Shown here: one piece after another, positions 1-10,471 of the stretch
How positions within the stretch are numbered: position 1 is the first letter of the stretch
Layout of the letters: each line of letters starts with the position of its first letter
Source of the DNA: Vulcanimicrobiota bacterium
GTDB taxonomy: Bacteria; Vulcanimicrobiota; Vulcanimicrobiia; Vulcanimicrobiales; Vulcanimicrobiaceae
DNA length: 64,000 nucleotides
Direction: 5' to 3'
NCBI GenBank assembly: GCA_963714015.1
Contig: OY970223.1
Span: 1,824,001-1,888,000, forward strand
The notes under the pieces: generated by a model
What the model was told of the DNA's origin: nothing
The model's database searches: none
The model's input: the letters and a program-made list of their open reading frames with translations, nothing else
Program-made: the position numbers and the translations under genes

Positions 1-19
1 GCATCGTCGAGGTTGCGGC

Positions 20-688
20 ATGCTGAGCCGCCGGATTGCCGGGCTTTTCGTCGGGTTGACGCTCCTCGCCGGCGGAGCCGCTGCCGCAAGTATGTCGCCG
101 CCTCCGGTGCCGATGAACGCGGATGCCATCATGAATCGCATGGAAGCGCGAAACCCGTCGCTCCAGTCGTTCCAGGCGCGCGTGCACGTGAACACGCACA
201 TGCAAACGTTTCCGTGGCTCTCTCCGGCGCTCGATGGTACCGCGTACTTCAAGCGGCCGGACAATTACGAAGTCGTCTTCGATCGCGTGCCCTCTTATGC
301 GCACGGCATCAACAAACTCTTCGGAGACATCGGCGATCCCGTCGCGTGGAAGCGCGACTCCGACGTTTCGTACGAAGGCGTTACGAACCTCGGCGGGCGG
401 CCGGAATTGACGCTGCGGCTCATAAAGAAAATTCATAGCGATCAGGTCCTCGACACGGTAGCATACGTCGACCCGGGGACGTATCAGGTTGCGCGCATGG
501 ATTTCCATTACACCAACGGGGGCGTCATCTCAATGACGCAAACGTACAAGGACGAGGGGCCGTACAGCGTAATCGCTTCGCAGCATGCCGACATTCAGAT
601 TCCGCACGTCCATGCGCTCGCCGATGCCACTTTCGGAACGTATCAAACCAACGTTGCGGTCAGCGACGCGGTGTTCAGCAGCAAATGA
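20..688 (+). CDS. Secreted LolA/RseB(MucB)-like beta-fold protein
   Basis: Signal peptide (LLAGGAAAAS); 'VAYVDPGTYQVARMDFHY' pattern of the LolA-like fold; stop overlaps the TetR start (ATGA). Confidence 0.6.
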   Translation: MLSRRIAGLFVGLTLLAGGAAAASMSPPPVPMNADAIMNRMEARNPSLQSFQARVHVNTHMQTFPWLSPALDGTAYFKRPDNYEVVFDRVPSYAHGINKLFGDIGDPVAWKRDSDVSYEGVTNLGGRPELTLRLIKKIHSDQVLDTVAYVDPGTYQVARMDFHYTNGGVISMTQTYKDEGPYSVIASQHADIQIPHVHALADATFGTYQTNVAVSDAVFSSK

Positions 689-1296
689 TGCTTCCCGAAA
701 CGCACCCGCCGCGAACTCCCGAAGAGACCCGCAATCGCATCCTCGCCGCAACCCGGCAGCTCTTTGCGAAGAAGGGCCGGCGTGGGACCACCACGCGTGA
801 GATCGCCGAAGTCGCAGGCGTCAACGAAGCCACGCTTTTTCGTCATTTCGGCAACAAGGACGCGCTGATCGAGGCGTGCGCCGAACATTACTGTGCTGCA
901 GTCCAGCTTCAGGAGACCCTCGGGAGCCTTGACGGCGATTTGGAGCAAGACTTGCACATCATCGCCGTCGTTTTGGCGGAGCGGATGGAACAGGTTCGCG
1001 ATTTGATCGTCATGTCGCTCTCCGACGAGGAAACCGAGAGCGCAATCGGTTCGGCAGCTTGGCGCGGCCCTGCAGCGATCCGGCAGCTGCTCACGGAGTA
1101 CATGGCAAAACGCGTTGCGAGCGGCGAGCTTGCGGGCGATCCGCTGCTGCTGGCCCGATTTTTTATGGGGATGATCTTCGCACACGTCATCGGACGAAAG
1201 AAAATGCCGGAACTCTCGTACACAATAGACCAAATTATAGATTTTCAAGTAAGCGTTTTTTTGAACGGCGTTAGAAAGCAGAAAGAAGCACGATGA
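685..1296 (+). CDS. TetR/AcrR family transcriptional regulator
   Basis: N-terminal HTH 'RILAATRQLFAKKG..GTTTREIAEVAGVNEATLFRHFGNK'. Confidence 0.95.
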   Translation: MMLPETHPPRTPEETRNRILAATRQLFAKKGRRGTTTREIAEVAGVNEATLFRHFGNKDALIEACAEHYCAAVQLQETLGSLDGDLEQDLHIIAVVLAERMEQVRDLIVMSLSDEETESAIGSAAWRGPAAIRQLLTEYMAKRVASGELAGDPLLLARFFMGMIFAHVIGRKKMPELSYTIDQIIDFQVSVFLNGVRKQKEAR

Positions 1297-2558
1297 ACAC
1301 GCGCGAGCGCGAACAAGAGCAGGCCAACGGCGCGGCAACGCCCGCTAAGAACGTGAACGTGGAGACGATGGAAACGCAGACCAGTTCCAAACGCAACCTT
1401 CGTCCGGTCTTTCTGGTGGTCGGGGTAATCGTCGCGATCCTCATCGTTATCTGGGCTGTGCGCTACTTCATGTACGCAAGCGTGCATCAAACGACCGATG
1501 ACGCCCGAGTGGACGCGAATACGGTCGCGGTCACGAGCAAGATTCAGGAACGCGTCGATCGGATTCTGGTCGACACAGATCAGCCCGTACGCAAAGGCCA
1601 GTTGCTGATCGTGCTGGACAATGCCGACGAACGCACGAAGCTCGCGCAGGCCCAAGCGAATTTGCAACTCGCGCAGCAGAATCAGCAGGCCGGCGTGACG
1701 CAAGGTTCCGGCGGCGTCTCTCAAGCCCAAGCCGACGTGCAAAATGCGCAGGCCAACGTTCCGGTTGCGCAAGCCGGCGTGGCGGAAGCGCAGGCGCAAG
1801 TTCAGGCGGCGATGGCCGCGCTTCCCGGAGCGCGCCAGTCGATGGCGGAGGCTGCGGCAAATCTTCAGCGCACGCAGTCGCTCGTCAAATCGGGGGACTT
1901 GGCAAAGGAACAGCTTGACGCAGCGCAAGCACAGTACGCGCAAGCGCAGTCGCAATACCGGGCAGCGCAGGACAACGTCAACGTCGCCCAGGCTAACCTG
2001 AGTGCGGCGCAGCAGAAAGTCGGCGCAGCGCAGGCGGGTGTCGGTGCGGCGCAAGGCGGCGCCCAGGCCGCGCAAGGCAAACTGAGTCAGGCCCAGGCTC
2101 CCGCCCAGATCTCGACGCAAGTCGAGGCCGTTGCCCTGGCCAAGCAAAACTTGGGCTACACGAAAATTTATTCGCCCATCGACGGATTCGTGGGCGAGAA
2201 GAGCGTCGAAATCGGTCAGGTCGTCAGCGCCGGCATGACGCTGCTCACACTGGTTCCGAACAACGTCTTCATCACTGCGAACTTCAAGGAAACGCAGGTC
2301 GGAAACATGCATCCCGGCCAGCCCGTCGACATCCACGTCGACGCCTATAAAGGGACGACGTTTCAAGGTAAGGTCGATTCAATCAATCCGGCCTCGCAGA
2401 ACACCTATGCACTCGTTCCGTCGCAAAACTCGACCGGAAACTTCGTGAAAGTCACGCAGCGGATTCCGGTGAAGATCGTCTTCGACTCCGGAACGGACTT
2501 GAATCGGTACCCGATGCGCCCCGGCATGTCGGTCGAGACTTCGGTTCTCGTGAAGTAA
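1293..2558 (+). CDS. emrA: HlyD/EmrA-type membrane fusion protein
   Basis: Single TM, 'TDDARV', long Ala/Gln coiled coil, 'ANFKETQ', 'NSTGNFVKVTQRIPVKI', 'PGMSV'. Confidence 0.93.
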   Translation: MNTREREQEQANGAATPAKNVNVETMETQTSSKRNLRPVFLVVGVIVAILIVIWAVRYFMYASVHQTTDDARVDANTVAVTSKIQERVDRILVDTDQPVRKGQLLIVLDNADERTKLAQAQANLQLAQQNQQAGVTQGSGGVSQAQADVQNAQANVPVAQAGVAEAQAQVQAAMAALPGARQSMAEAAANLQRTQSLVKSGDLAKEQLDAAQAQYAQAQSQYRAAQDNVNVAQANLSAAQQKVGAAQAGVGAAQGGAQAAQGKLSQAQAPAQISTQVEAVALAKQNLGYTKIYSPIDGFVGEKSVEIGQVVSAGMTLLTLVPNNVFITANFKETQVGNMHPGQPVDIHVDAYKGTTFQGKVDSINPASQNTYALVPSQNSTGNFVKVTQRIPVKIVFDSGTDLNRYPMRPGMSVETSVLVK

Positions 2559-2560
2559 AC

Positions 2561-4171
2561 ATGGAAGCGGTTCACAAAGCGCGGCAGGTGGCTAAGCACA
2601 GCCACCTAGCGGCGCAGCGCCCAAAAAGCGCCGTTCCCGCCTACGAGCCGGTCATCGAATACGGCTGGCGCCGGGCAATAGTAACGCTCGCGGTGATCAC
2701 CGCAACCATGCTCGAGATTATCGACACCACTATAGTCAACGTCGCGCTGCCGAACATCCAAGGAAACTTCGGCGTTGCAGTGGACCAAGGCGCGTGGGTC
2801 GTTACCGGTTACATCATCGCGAACGTCATCGTGATTCCGATCACGCCATGGCTGCAGGCGCGATTCGGCCGCCGCCGATACTATATGGCATCCATTCTGA
2901 TCTTCACGTTTTCGTCGATCATGTGCGGATTGGCCGGAAGTTTCAATCAGCTCGTGTTTTGGCGGCTCGTACAAGGATTGGGCGGCGGCGGTCTGATCTC
3001 GACGTCGCAGGCAATATTGCGCGAGACCTACCCGCAGCGCGAACAAGGTAAGGCTCAGGGAATCTTCTCTATGGGCGTTATCGTCGGGCCCGCGCTCGGT
3101 CCTTTGCTCGGCGGCATCATCACCGACAATCTGACGTGGCGCTGGGCGTTCTTCATCAACATCCCGATCGGTTTGCTGGCGGCTGCGGCCGTATTCTTCG
3201 TGCTGCGCAATCCAGCGCCGCCGCAGCATGGCAAGCGGTTGGATTGGACGGCCTTGGGGCTGCTCGCGATGGGTCTTGGTTCATTGCAATACGTACTCGA
3301 TCAAGGTCAGCAGTACGACTGGTTCGCCGACCCAAACATTCGGATTTTCAGCGTGGCGGCGGCTGTTTGTCTCGTCGGGTTCGTGATCTGGACGCTTCGC
3401 TCGCGCATTCCCATCGTCGATTTGCACGTGCTGCGCTATCGCGAAGTCGCGGCCGGAAGCCTTTTGGGCGCGGTGCTGGGCATCAGCATTTACGGCTCGG
3501 TGCTGATTCTGCCGCAATACGTGCAGAATTCGCTCGGATTTACTGCAACGCTGTCGGGCGAGACGATTTTGATCCGCGCTCTGGCCATTGCGGCTCTTAC
3601 GCCGGTTGCCGCGATTCTGGCAAGCGGCGGGCGGGTCGATTCGCGCTGGATGATCTTCAGCGGCTTCGTCCTATTGGGGATTTCGAATTGGATGCTGGCG
3701 AGCGTGACGACGCCGCAGTCGTCGTTTTGGACGTTCGGTGCATCACTCATAGTCAGCGGTCTCGGCCTCTCGCAAATCTTCGTACCGCTCTCTATCGCGG
3801 TGCTGGGTGCCGTGCCGCCCAAGGATGTTCCATCGGCGTCCGCATTCTTCAATCTCGCTCGACAAGTCGGAGGCAGCATAGCGACCGCGGTGCTCGTTAC
3901 GGTCCTCGTTCGTGGAGTAACGGACCATCAAGCTGCGCTTAGCGCCGGCGTCACGCTTCATGCGGGCGCCGTGCAGCAGTATCTGCAGTCAAACGGCGGC
4001 GATCGCTCCGTTTCGGCATTACAGGGTCTGGCGAATCTGGTCACGCAGCAGGCGTATGTCTTGTCGTACGCCGACACCTCGCGATTGACCGCACTCATTA
4101 CGCTCGTGCTCGCGCCCTTGGTCGTGCTGATGCGCCGGCCGCGCCCGCACGTCGCGGCTACAGTTGAATAG
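2561..4171 (+). CDS. emrB: DHA2 family MFS efflux permease (EmrB/QacA)
   Basis: 'LEIIDTTIVNVALP', 'GPALGPLLGG.ITDN.TWRWAFFINIPIG', multi-TM hydrophobic pattern. Confidence 0.93.
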   Translation: MEAVHKARQVAKHSHLAAQRPKSAVPAYEPVIEYGWRRAIVTLAVITATMLEIIDTTIVNVALPNIQGNFGVAVDQGAWVVTGYIIANVIVIPITPWLQARFGRRRYYMASILIFTFSSIMCGLAGSFNQLVFWRLVQGLGGGGLISTSQAILRETYPQREQGKAQGIFSMGVIVGPALGPLLGGIITDNLTWRWAFFINIPIGLLAAAAVFFVLRNPAPPQHGKRLDWTALGLLAMGLGSLQYVLDQGQQYDWFADPNIRIFSVAAAVCLVGFVIWTLRSRIPIVDLHVLRYREVAAGSLLGAVLGISIYGSVLILPQYVQNSLGFTATLSGETILIRALAIAALTPVAAILASGGRVDSRWMIFSGFVLLGISNWMLASVTTPQSSFWTFGASLIVSGLGLSQIFVPLSIAVLGAVPPKDVPSASAFFNLARQVGGSIATAVLVTVLVRGVTDHQAALSAGVTLHAGAVQQYLQSNGGDRSVSALQGLANLVTQQAYVLSYADTSRLTALITLVLAPLVVLMRRPRPHVAATVE

Positions 4172-4180
4172 GAGTTTTTC

Positions 4181-5944
4181 GTGAATTTGATCGCAACGGT
4201 CGTGCTCTTGGCGCAGGCGGCGGTTCCTTCGCCGGCGCCCTCGCCGCAGCTTCCCGCTGTGCCGAACGTCGCGCCGGGCTATGCAGCCCCGGGCGTTACG
4301 CCGCCGCGGCCGGGAATCGTCGGCGTAACGCAAGCACCGTTCGTCGGCATCACACTGCAAAACGCGGTGGCCATGGCGCTCTCCAAAAATCCGGATCTTG
4401 CGGTGGCTCAAGCGAACCGGCGAATCGCGCAATACCAGATTGCGGCCGCGAAGGGCGCGTACGACATCCGTTTCTCCGTACAGCCGCAATATCAAGACAT
4501 CACGCAGCCTCCCGAGAACGAGTTTTTCGCGGGGCCGAACTTTACGCCGATTTCGCAGCAGGTTACGAGCCTTGGCGCGTCGGCCTCGGGCATGTTGCCG
4601 GGCGGTCAGCAATACTCGTTCAGCGCTTCCGCCAAGCAGTACTGGGACAACACGCAGATTAATACGTTCGATCCGTATTATCCGAGCGTTTTTTCGGTAA
4701 CCTTCTCACAGCCGCTCGGGAAGAACGGCCGAATCAATGACGTGACGCATCAAATTCAACTGGCCGCGATCAACGGTCAGGCGTCGAATGCGCAAACGAT
4801 GGTGACGGTGTCGTCGACGATATCGCAGGTCGAGGACACTTATTGGGACCTGGTGGCGGCCTGGCGCAATGTGGCCATCCAAGAGGAAGCGCTCAAGGAC
4901 ACGATCACCCAGCAGCACAGCAACGTGCGGCTCGCGCGCCAAGGCGCCAGCGCACCGATCGACGTGGTGCAGGCGGATACGCAGGTTGCGGTGTTTGAGG
5001 AGAACGTCTTTTCCGCATTGCAGAGCGTCGCTATGCTTCAGAATCAGCTCAAGTCCGAGCTGCTCAGTAATCCTAACGACGCGATTTGGAGCGCAAACCT
5101 TGTTCCGACTTCGCCGGCGCTGCAACTGCCCGCGCAGCCGTCGCTGACCGACCTGGTGACGCAGGCGCTGCGCAATCGTCCGGAGATCGCCCAGATTCGC
5201 GCGCTGCGCGCAACGGCCGACCAGAATCTGGCGTACGCGGAGAACCAGACCAAGCCTCAGTTCGATTTTCAGCTCGGGTACTCGAGCAACGGCTTCTCGG
5301 GAACGCCCGTCAACCCCGCGACGAGTCCTTTTCTGGCGAGCAGCGCGGATCAACTCATTGCGATCAATCAGTTGATCGCGGCGGTAAACAAAACATTGCC
5401 GCCGGCGCAGCAGATTCCGGCCGTTCCGAATTCCAACGTTCCGGTTCCCGCGTACCTGCAGGGCGGCCTGAGCCAGTCCATCAAGAATCTGCTTTCGAAT
5501 AAATTCCCCGTGTATTCGGCCGGTTTTCTAGTAACGTTTCCAGTCGGAAATACGACCGCTCGCGCCAACGTGGGCATCGCGGAGGAGCAAGAGCGCAGCG
5601 CCCTGATACAGCAGGCTTCGACGATTCAGCGCGTGACGATGGACGTTCGCAATGCCCTGCAATCCTATCAAAGCGCCCAGGCCCGGCTTATTGCGGCGCG
5701 GACGGCGCGTGAGGCTTCGGAACAAGTTCTGTCGAGTGAGGAGCGGCGTTTTCGCGCGGGGGCGTCGACGACGTTCTTGGTGCTGCAGCGCGAGATCGAG
5801 CTCGCGGACAATCGCGGCCTGGAACTGCAAGCGCAAACCGATCTGAACAAAGCTGTGGTAGAATTACAGCGGGCCAGCGGAACTATCGCGAGCGGGAATG
5901 ACGTTGATATTACGAATGTGGGAGAAGGAGCGCTGAAACCATGA
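4181..5944 (+). CDS. TolC family outer membrane efflux protein
   Basis: 'ITLQNAVAMALSKNPDL', 'YWDLVAA', 'ALRNRPEI', 'EERRFRAGASTTFLVLQRE' OEP repeats. Confidence 0.9.
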   Translation: MNLIATVVLLAQAAVPSPAPSPQLPAVPNVAPGYAAPGVTPPRPGIVGVTQAPFVGITLQNAVAMALSKNPDLAVAQANRRIAQYQIAAAKGAYDIRFSVQPQYQDITQPPENEFFAGPNFTPISQQVTSLGASASGMLPGGQQYSFSASAKQYWDNTQINTFDPYYPSVFSVTFSQPLGKNGRINDVTHQIQLAAINGQASNAQTMVTVSSTISQVEDTYWDLVAAWRNVAIQEEALKDTITQQHSNVRLARQGASAPIDVVQADTQVAVFEENVFSALQSVAMLQNQLKSELLSNPNDAIWSANLVPTSPALQLPAQPSLTDLVTQALRNRPEIAQIRALRATADQNLAYAENQTKPQFDFQLGYSSNGFSGTPVNPATSPFLASSADQLIAINQLIAAVNKTLPPAQQIPAVPNSNVPVPAYLQGGLSQSIKNLLSNKFPVYSAGFLVTFPVGNTTARANVGIAEEQERSALIQQASTIQRVTMDVRNALQSYQSAQARLIAARTAREASEQVLSSEERRFRAGASTTFLVLQREIELADNRGLELQAQTDLNKAVVELQRASGTIASGNDVDITNVGEGALKP

Positions 5945-6069
5945 AAAACAAAGCCGCCTCGGCGCGAATGCGCGTGACCAAACGCATGGAGCGTAAACTG
6001 CAAGAGCGCAGCGCCGTCCTGTACACCCGCGAGCTGGAGCGTTGGAACACCCGGCCGCTTGGCCGGTAA
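5941..6069 (+). CDS. Putative 42-aa basic small protein (MKNKAASARMRVTKRMERKLQERSAVLYTRELERWNTRPLGR)
   Basis: ATG 5941 overlaps the TolC stop (ATGA); open to TAA 6067-6069; below the ORF-track length cutoff. Confidence 0.4.
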   Translation: MKNKAASARMRVTKRMERKLQERSAVLYTRELERWNTRPLGR

Positions 6070-6097
6070 CGCGGTCGCTCAGGGGTATAGAGTTCCC

Positions 6098-6313
6098 ATG
6101 AGTGACGAGCTGAACAAAATCGTAAAGAATGCCGGCGACGCCATAAAAGAGGGCGTCCACCGCGGCGAAGCCGCCTCCGAGCGTGAGACGCGTGCCGAGT
6201 TCGGCGACGTGATGACTCCCGGAGAGAAGGGGGAATCGGTCGTCCGCGAAGTGTCGGGCGATCTGAAAGCGGAAGGCGATCGCCTCAAACGCGACGTGCG
6301 CAACGCAACGTAG
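6098..6313 (+). CDS. Small hydrophilic hypothetical protein (71 aa; CsbD/stress-protein-like)
   Basis: ATG 6098; amphipathic charged helices MSDELNKIVKNAGDAIKEG... Confidence 0.7.
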   Translation: MSDELNKIVKNAGDAIKEGVHRGEAASERETRAEFGDVMTPGEKGESVVREVSGDLKAEGDRLKRDVRNAT

Positions 6314-6345
6314 GCGGTGAACGAAGGCCGGCCGCAAGCCGTTTC

Positions 6346-7143
6346 TCACTCGAGGTCCAGCAGCATCTCGTATTGGCGCAGCGGTTCCGACCAGCCGCCG
6401 GCGCGAGCGAGGGGCGTGATCGTGCTCTCGGCCGGTTCGTTCAAAATGAGCACGTTGCGCGATCGCGATCCGGAAACGGCATCCGCGAGCAGCGTCAGTT
6501 CGGTGAAGTTGTTCGCCCGCACTTTGAGCACTTGCGCCAGCTCCGCATTGTAGCGGAAGAGCGCGTAATTTCCGCGCATATCGCTCACGGCAGATGATAC
6601 GGCGCCGTTGCGCAGCGTTCCGCGTTCGCGCTGCCAGCAGGGCCGCACCGGATCCGGTTCGTCGATCAGTTCGTCCGGCTTCGAGGTCGTAAAGCCGAGC
6701 GGCGTGGCGCGTGCTTCGCCGGTACGCCGGAACGAGTAGAGCTCGCGGACCGTCTCAAATCCAGCGCTTCGGTATGTGGCGATTGCGGGCGCATTGTCGG
6801 TCAGGACTTCGAGCGCCAGACTCTTCATATCGCGCTCCCGCGCTGCTTCAACGAGCGATCGCAGCAATTGGGACGCGTAACCTTGGCCGCGGTACTCCGG
6901 CGCCACACCGAAACCGCCGATCCAGCCGCGTTTCCCGCGAATCGCGAGCAACGCGGCAGCCAGCACTTTTCCGGCCTCGTCGTACCAGAGCGGCGATGCC
7001 GCCGCGACCACGTCGTTGTACGACATGTGCAGGTGCAGCTGCTCGGAGCTGAACGTCACGGGCACCAAATACTCCTGAAAAACCCGGTTCAGCGCATTAG
7101 CGCCGTCTCCCACGGCTGCCTGCGCGAACGTCGAGCACCGCAT
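6346..7143 (-). CDS. GNAT family N-acetyltransferase
   Basis: 'GVAPEYRGQGYA' motif A, 'LEVLTDNAPAIATYRSAGF'. Confidence 0.9.
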   Translation of the reverse strand: MRCSTFAQAAVGDGANALNRVFQEYLVPVTFSSEQLHLHMSYNDVVAAASPLWYDEAGKVLAAALLAIRGKRGWIGGFGVAPEYRGQGYASQLLRSLVEAARERDMKSLALEVLTDNAPAIATYRSAGFETVRELYSFRRTGEARATPLGFTTSKPDELIDEPDPVRPCWQRERGTLRNGAVSSAVSDMRGNYALFRYNAELAQVLKVRANNFTELTLLADAVSGSRSRNVLILNEPAESTITPLARAGGWSEPLRQYEMLLDLE

Positions 7144-7193
7144 GAGGTACTTAGTTCGGTGTTACTTTTTGGACTCCGGGCATCGGCTCGGCG

Positions 7194-7936
7194 TCATCGC
7201 GCAGTCAGTTCGGCGGCCGCAGCCTCGTCGACGTACCACATCAGGCGTCCGTCGCGCGGCGCCACGATCTGAACCGGGTGAATTTGCGGATCGTACGGAC
7301 CTTCGCGAACGGCATAGAGCACCGGAGCCTTCGGAAGTCCTTCGACGGCAATGAGCACGCTGCGCGCGTTGTTGATGACGCGAGGAGTAAGCGTAATGCG
7401 ATGGACGCTCAGCTTCTGGACGAACACGGCCCGAACCAGACGATCGTCGTCGGTTAGCGGATCGCTTCCGGGAAACAGCGAGGCGGTATGGCCGTCGGGA
7501 CCCATACCGAGCATGATCAGATCGAAGCGCGGCTCGTCCCCCATCGTTTCTATCAGGAGGCCGGCGTAGTCTCGGGCTGCCTGAGCCGGATCGTCTTCCC
7601 CGGTCATGCGATGCACGTTTTTGGACGGAATCCCCACCGCGTCCAGGAACGCATCCTTGGCCATACGATAGTTGGAATCCGCATGATCCGGCGGCACGCA
7701 GCGCTCGTCACCGAAGTAGACAAAGACGTGATTCCAATCGACCGCGCTGCGGCTGGGCTCTTGCGCCAGAGCTGATACGCCGCTTTGGGCGTCGTGCCGC
7801 CGGCAAGCCCGACGAAAAATGCGCCCCGTTCGCGAATCGCTTCGGCCGCTTGCTCAACGAACGCGTCCGCAACGCCCTGCGCGAGCCGATCCGGAGTATC
7901 GAAGATGCGCAGCTCGCCTTGCTCGCGGCGAATCAT
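7194..7936 (-). CDS. pgl: 6-phosphogluconolactonase (frameshift near 7770, probably a sequence error)
   Basis: 'GLAGGTTP' in one frame; 'YFGDERCVPPDHADSNY' and 'LGMGPDGHTASLFPG' in another; span 743 nt = 1 base missing. Confidence 0.92.
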
Positions 7937-8904
7937 CGCGCGTGCTCCAGCAAGCGTTCGACCATGACGAGCGTTTGCGAGTAGATCTCGCGTTTGGGCG
8001 GCTCGAATATGGCCCGCTCTACGAGCGAGAGCATGTCGACGTCGTGCAGCGGACGGCAGCGTCGCGGCCGCGCGTTGCGTCCTTCCACGGTGAGGCAAAC
8101 AATGTCGTCGCCCGTTCTGTCGATCGCCGCCGTAAAGACGTTGTGTTTGCTCTTCAAGCAGGCGCTTTGGATACGCCGCGGGGGCCCGGCTTGCGTGAGC
8201 TCGACGCGGATCTTTCCACCCTCCGAATTACAGAATTCGTTCTCTCCGCACACTTCCCAGTGCAGCCGGCTCGCGAGCCAGCCCGCTAAATAGTATGCCT
8301 CAGGGAGCGATCCGGCCGTAACGCGCACGGCCGTGAGGGAAGGGAGTTCGGCGGCAAGTTCGGGATCGTCGAAAAATTGTGCGATCAGATCCTGCCATGC
8401 GTACAAACGCAGGTACGAGAGATCGCGCAGTTTAGGCGCGGCGCGGTGATCGCTTTGCTCCAAACCAATCAACTCGCGCAAGGCCTCCAATCCGGCTTGA
8501 CGGGCGGAGCTGACGATTACGATCGGATCCGCTAGTTCCGAAAGACCGGTGAAACGCTCGTCCGTCAGGTGCACCCCGCCCCACAACAGCACGGTGCGAA
8601 CGCCCGGCACGAGCAAATCGTGAGTAACGGATCGCAGTTCCGCAGCGCTCAGATCTCGCGCGCCGAGCTCGATCTGATCCCCTTTGATGCTGTGGTCTGC
8701 GGGATCGCGGGACGCCGAGAGAACGACCGATCGGCACGCATACTTTCCGCCCAGCTCCTCGATACGCTGTTGCAGGCGAACGAGCAGCACCTCGTCTTCC
8801 TCGACGAATCCGACGATGTTGAGGGAGGTCGTCGCGACGTCGGCGCCGCTCGATCGGGATTGCGCGAGTGCGCCGAGCAGCTCGTCGACGTTTACCGCAT
8901 GCAT
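7933..8904 (-). CDS. opcA: Glucose-6-phosphate dehydrogenase assembly protein OpcA
   Basis: Directly downstream of zwf; 'LRDLSYLRLYAWQDLIAQFFD', 'YYLAGWLASRLHW'. Confidence 0.85.
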   Translation of the reverse strand: MHAVNVDELLGALAQSRSSGADVATTSLNIVGFVEEDEVLLVRLQQRIEELGGKYACRSVVLSASRDPADHSIKGDQIELGARDLSAAELRSVTHDLLVPGVRTVLLWGGVHLTDERFTGLSELADPIVIVSSARQAGLEALRELIGLEQSDHRAAPKLRDLSYLRLYAWQDLIAQFFDDPELAAELPSLTAVRVTAGSLPEAYYLAGWLASRLHWEVCGENEFCNSEGGKIRVELTQAGPPRRIQSACLKSKHNVFTAAIDRTGDDIVCLTVEGRNARPRRCRPLHDVDMLSLVERAIFEPPKREIYSQTLVMVERLLEHAR

Positions 8905-8908
8905 GGCG

Positions 8909-10471
8909 CTACAGCGGCCGCCATGACGGGTTGATCGCTTTGGCGGCATCCGGTCCGTCGCTGCCGGCGGGATAGTTCGGGAACGACCGATCGCGAATCG
9001 ACTGCCATACCTCCAGGATCGGCATGACGATTTCCCAGGCGCGCTCGACTGCGTCCCACCGCGTGAACAGCGTTGCGTCGCCGCGCATTGCATCGGCAAT
9101 GAGCCGTTCGTACGCCGGAGCGGATTGCACGCCGAACCCGGTGCCGTAGTTGAAGTCCATGGTCACACTGCGAATGTGATTTTTCTGGCCGGGAACCTTG
9201 GCGTTGAAGCGCATCGAGATGCCTTCGTCGGGCTGAATCTTTATAACGAGGACGTTCTGTTCGATCGTATCGCTCTTCTCGCCGAACAAGCGGTGCGGAA
9301 TCGGATTGAACTGTATCGCAATCTCCGAAACCTTTCGCGCTAGCCGCTTACCGCTGCGAAGATAAAATGGAACCCCTGCCCAGCGCCAGTTATTGATCTC
9401 CAGGCGCAACGCCGCGTACGTTTCGGTGTTGGAGTCCGGGCGAACGTCGGGTTCCTTTCGGTAAGCGGGAACCTCTTGTCCGCCGGCGACGCCGCGGTCG
9501 TATTGACCTCGAACGCTCATGTGAAAAACTTCTTCGGGATTCGGGGGCGCTATCGCGGAGAACACTTTGTACTTTTCGTTGCGGATGGCGTCCGCATCGG
9601 CACTCGCGGGCGGCTCCATCGCGACGAGTGCCAGCAGATTCAGCACGTGGTTCTGAATCATGTCGCGCAGGGCCCCCGCGTTGTCGTAGTATCCGCCGCG
9701 CTGTTCGACGCCGAGCGTCTCCCCCGCCGTAATCTGCACGGATTGGATGTAATTCCGCGTCCAGATCGGCTCGAAAATCGTGTTGGCGAACCGCAGCGCC
9801 ATGATGTCCTGAACGGTCTCTTTGCCCAAGTAATGATCGATACGGTAGACCTGCGCCTCGTTGAAGACCTTCTCGACCTCGGTTTGCAGAGCTCGTGCGG
9901 AATCGAGATCGGTTCCGAACGGCTTCTCCACGATGATCCGGCTCCATCCCTTGGAATTGCTGCCGGGATCCAATCCCGCGTTCTTCAATTGATCGATGAT
10001 CTTGGGAAAGACCGAGGGCGGCGTCGCGAGGTAGAAGAGACGGTTGTCGCCGGCTCCGAAACGCTCTTCGTAGTCTTCGAGTTTTTTCTTCAGATCCCCG
10101 AAGTGCGCGGTGTTGTCGAAGTCGGCGGAGATATAGCCGATGTGCTCGGCGAGGTCGTTCCAAAGCGAGTCCTTGACCGAGCCGGAACGTGAAAACTCGT
10201 TGACGCACTGCTTGCAGTAGTCGCGAAATTGTTCGTCCGTGTACTCCGTGCGCGCAAATCCGATCAGGCCGAAGTTTGCGGGCAGAATATCGTCGAGCCG
10301 AAGATTGTAGATCGCCGGCATCAACATGCGCTTGAACAAGTCGCCGCTCGCCCCGAAGAAGACGATCGTGCACGGCTCGCTGATGCGGGTGCTCTCGATG
10401 CCTGCACGCAGCGGGTTCACCGAGACCTGCGCCATGCCGTTGCCGGTCGATGGGGGGGTGGTAGTACTCAT
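8909..10471 (-). CDS. zwf: Glucose-6-phosphate 1-dehydrogenase
   Basis: 'GASGDL', 'EKPFG', 'RIDHYLGKETV', 'WAGVPFYLRSGKRL'. Confidence 0.98.
   Translation of the reverse strand: MSTTTPPSTGNGMAQVSVNPLRAGIESTRISEPCTIVFFGASGDLFKRMLMPAIYNLRLDDILPANFGLIGFARTEYTDEQFRDYCKQCVNEFSRSGSVKDSLWNDLAEHIGYISADFDNTAHFGDLKKKLEDYEERFGAGDNRLFYLATPPSVFPKIIDQLKNAGLDPGSNSKGWSRIIVEKPFGTDLDSARALQTEVEKVFNEAQVYRIDHYLGKETVQDIMALRFANTIFEPIWTRNYIQSVQITAGETLGVEQRGGYYDNAGALRDMIQNHVLNLLALVAMEPPASADADAIRNEKYKVFSAIAPPNPEEVFHMSVRGQYDRGVAGGQEVPAYRKEPDVRPDSNTETYAALRLEINNWRWAGVPFYLRSGKRLARKVSEIAIQFNPIPHRLFGEKSDTIEQNVLVIKIQPDEGISMRFNAKVPGQKNHIRSVTMDFNYGTGFGVQSAPAYERLIADAMRGDATLFTRWDAVERAWEIVMPILEVWQSIRDRSFPNYPAGSDGPDAAKAINPSWRPL

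Noticed and set aside
1640..2150. Repetitive GCGCAG/GCGCAA sequence as a repeat array
   Set aside because: Encodes the Ala/Gln coiled coil of EmrA; no repeat-spacer structure
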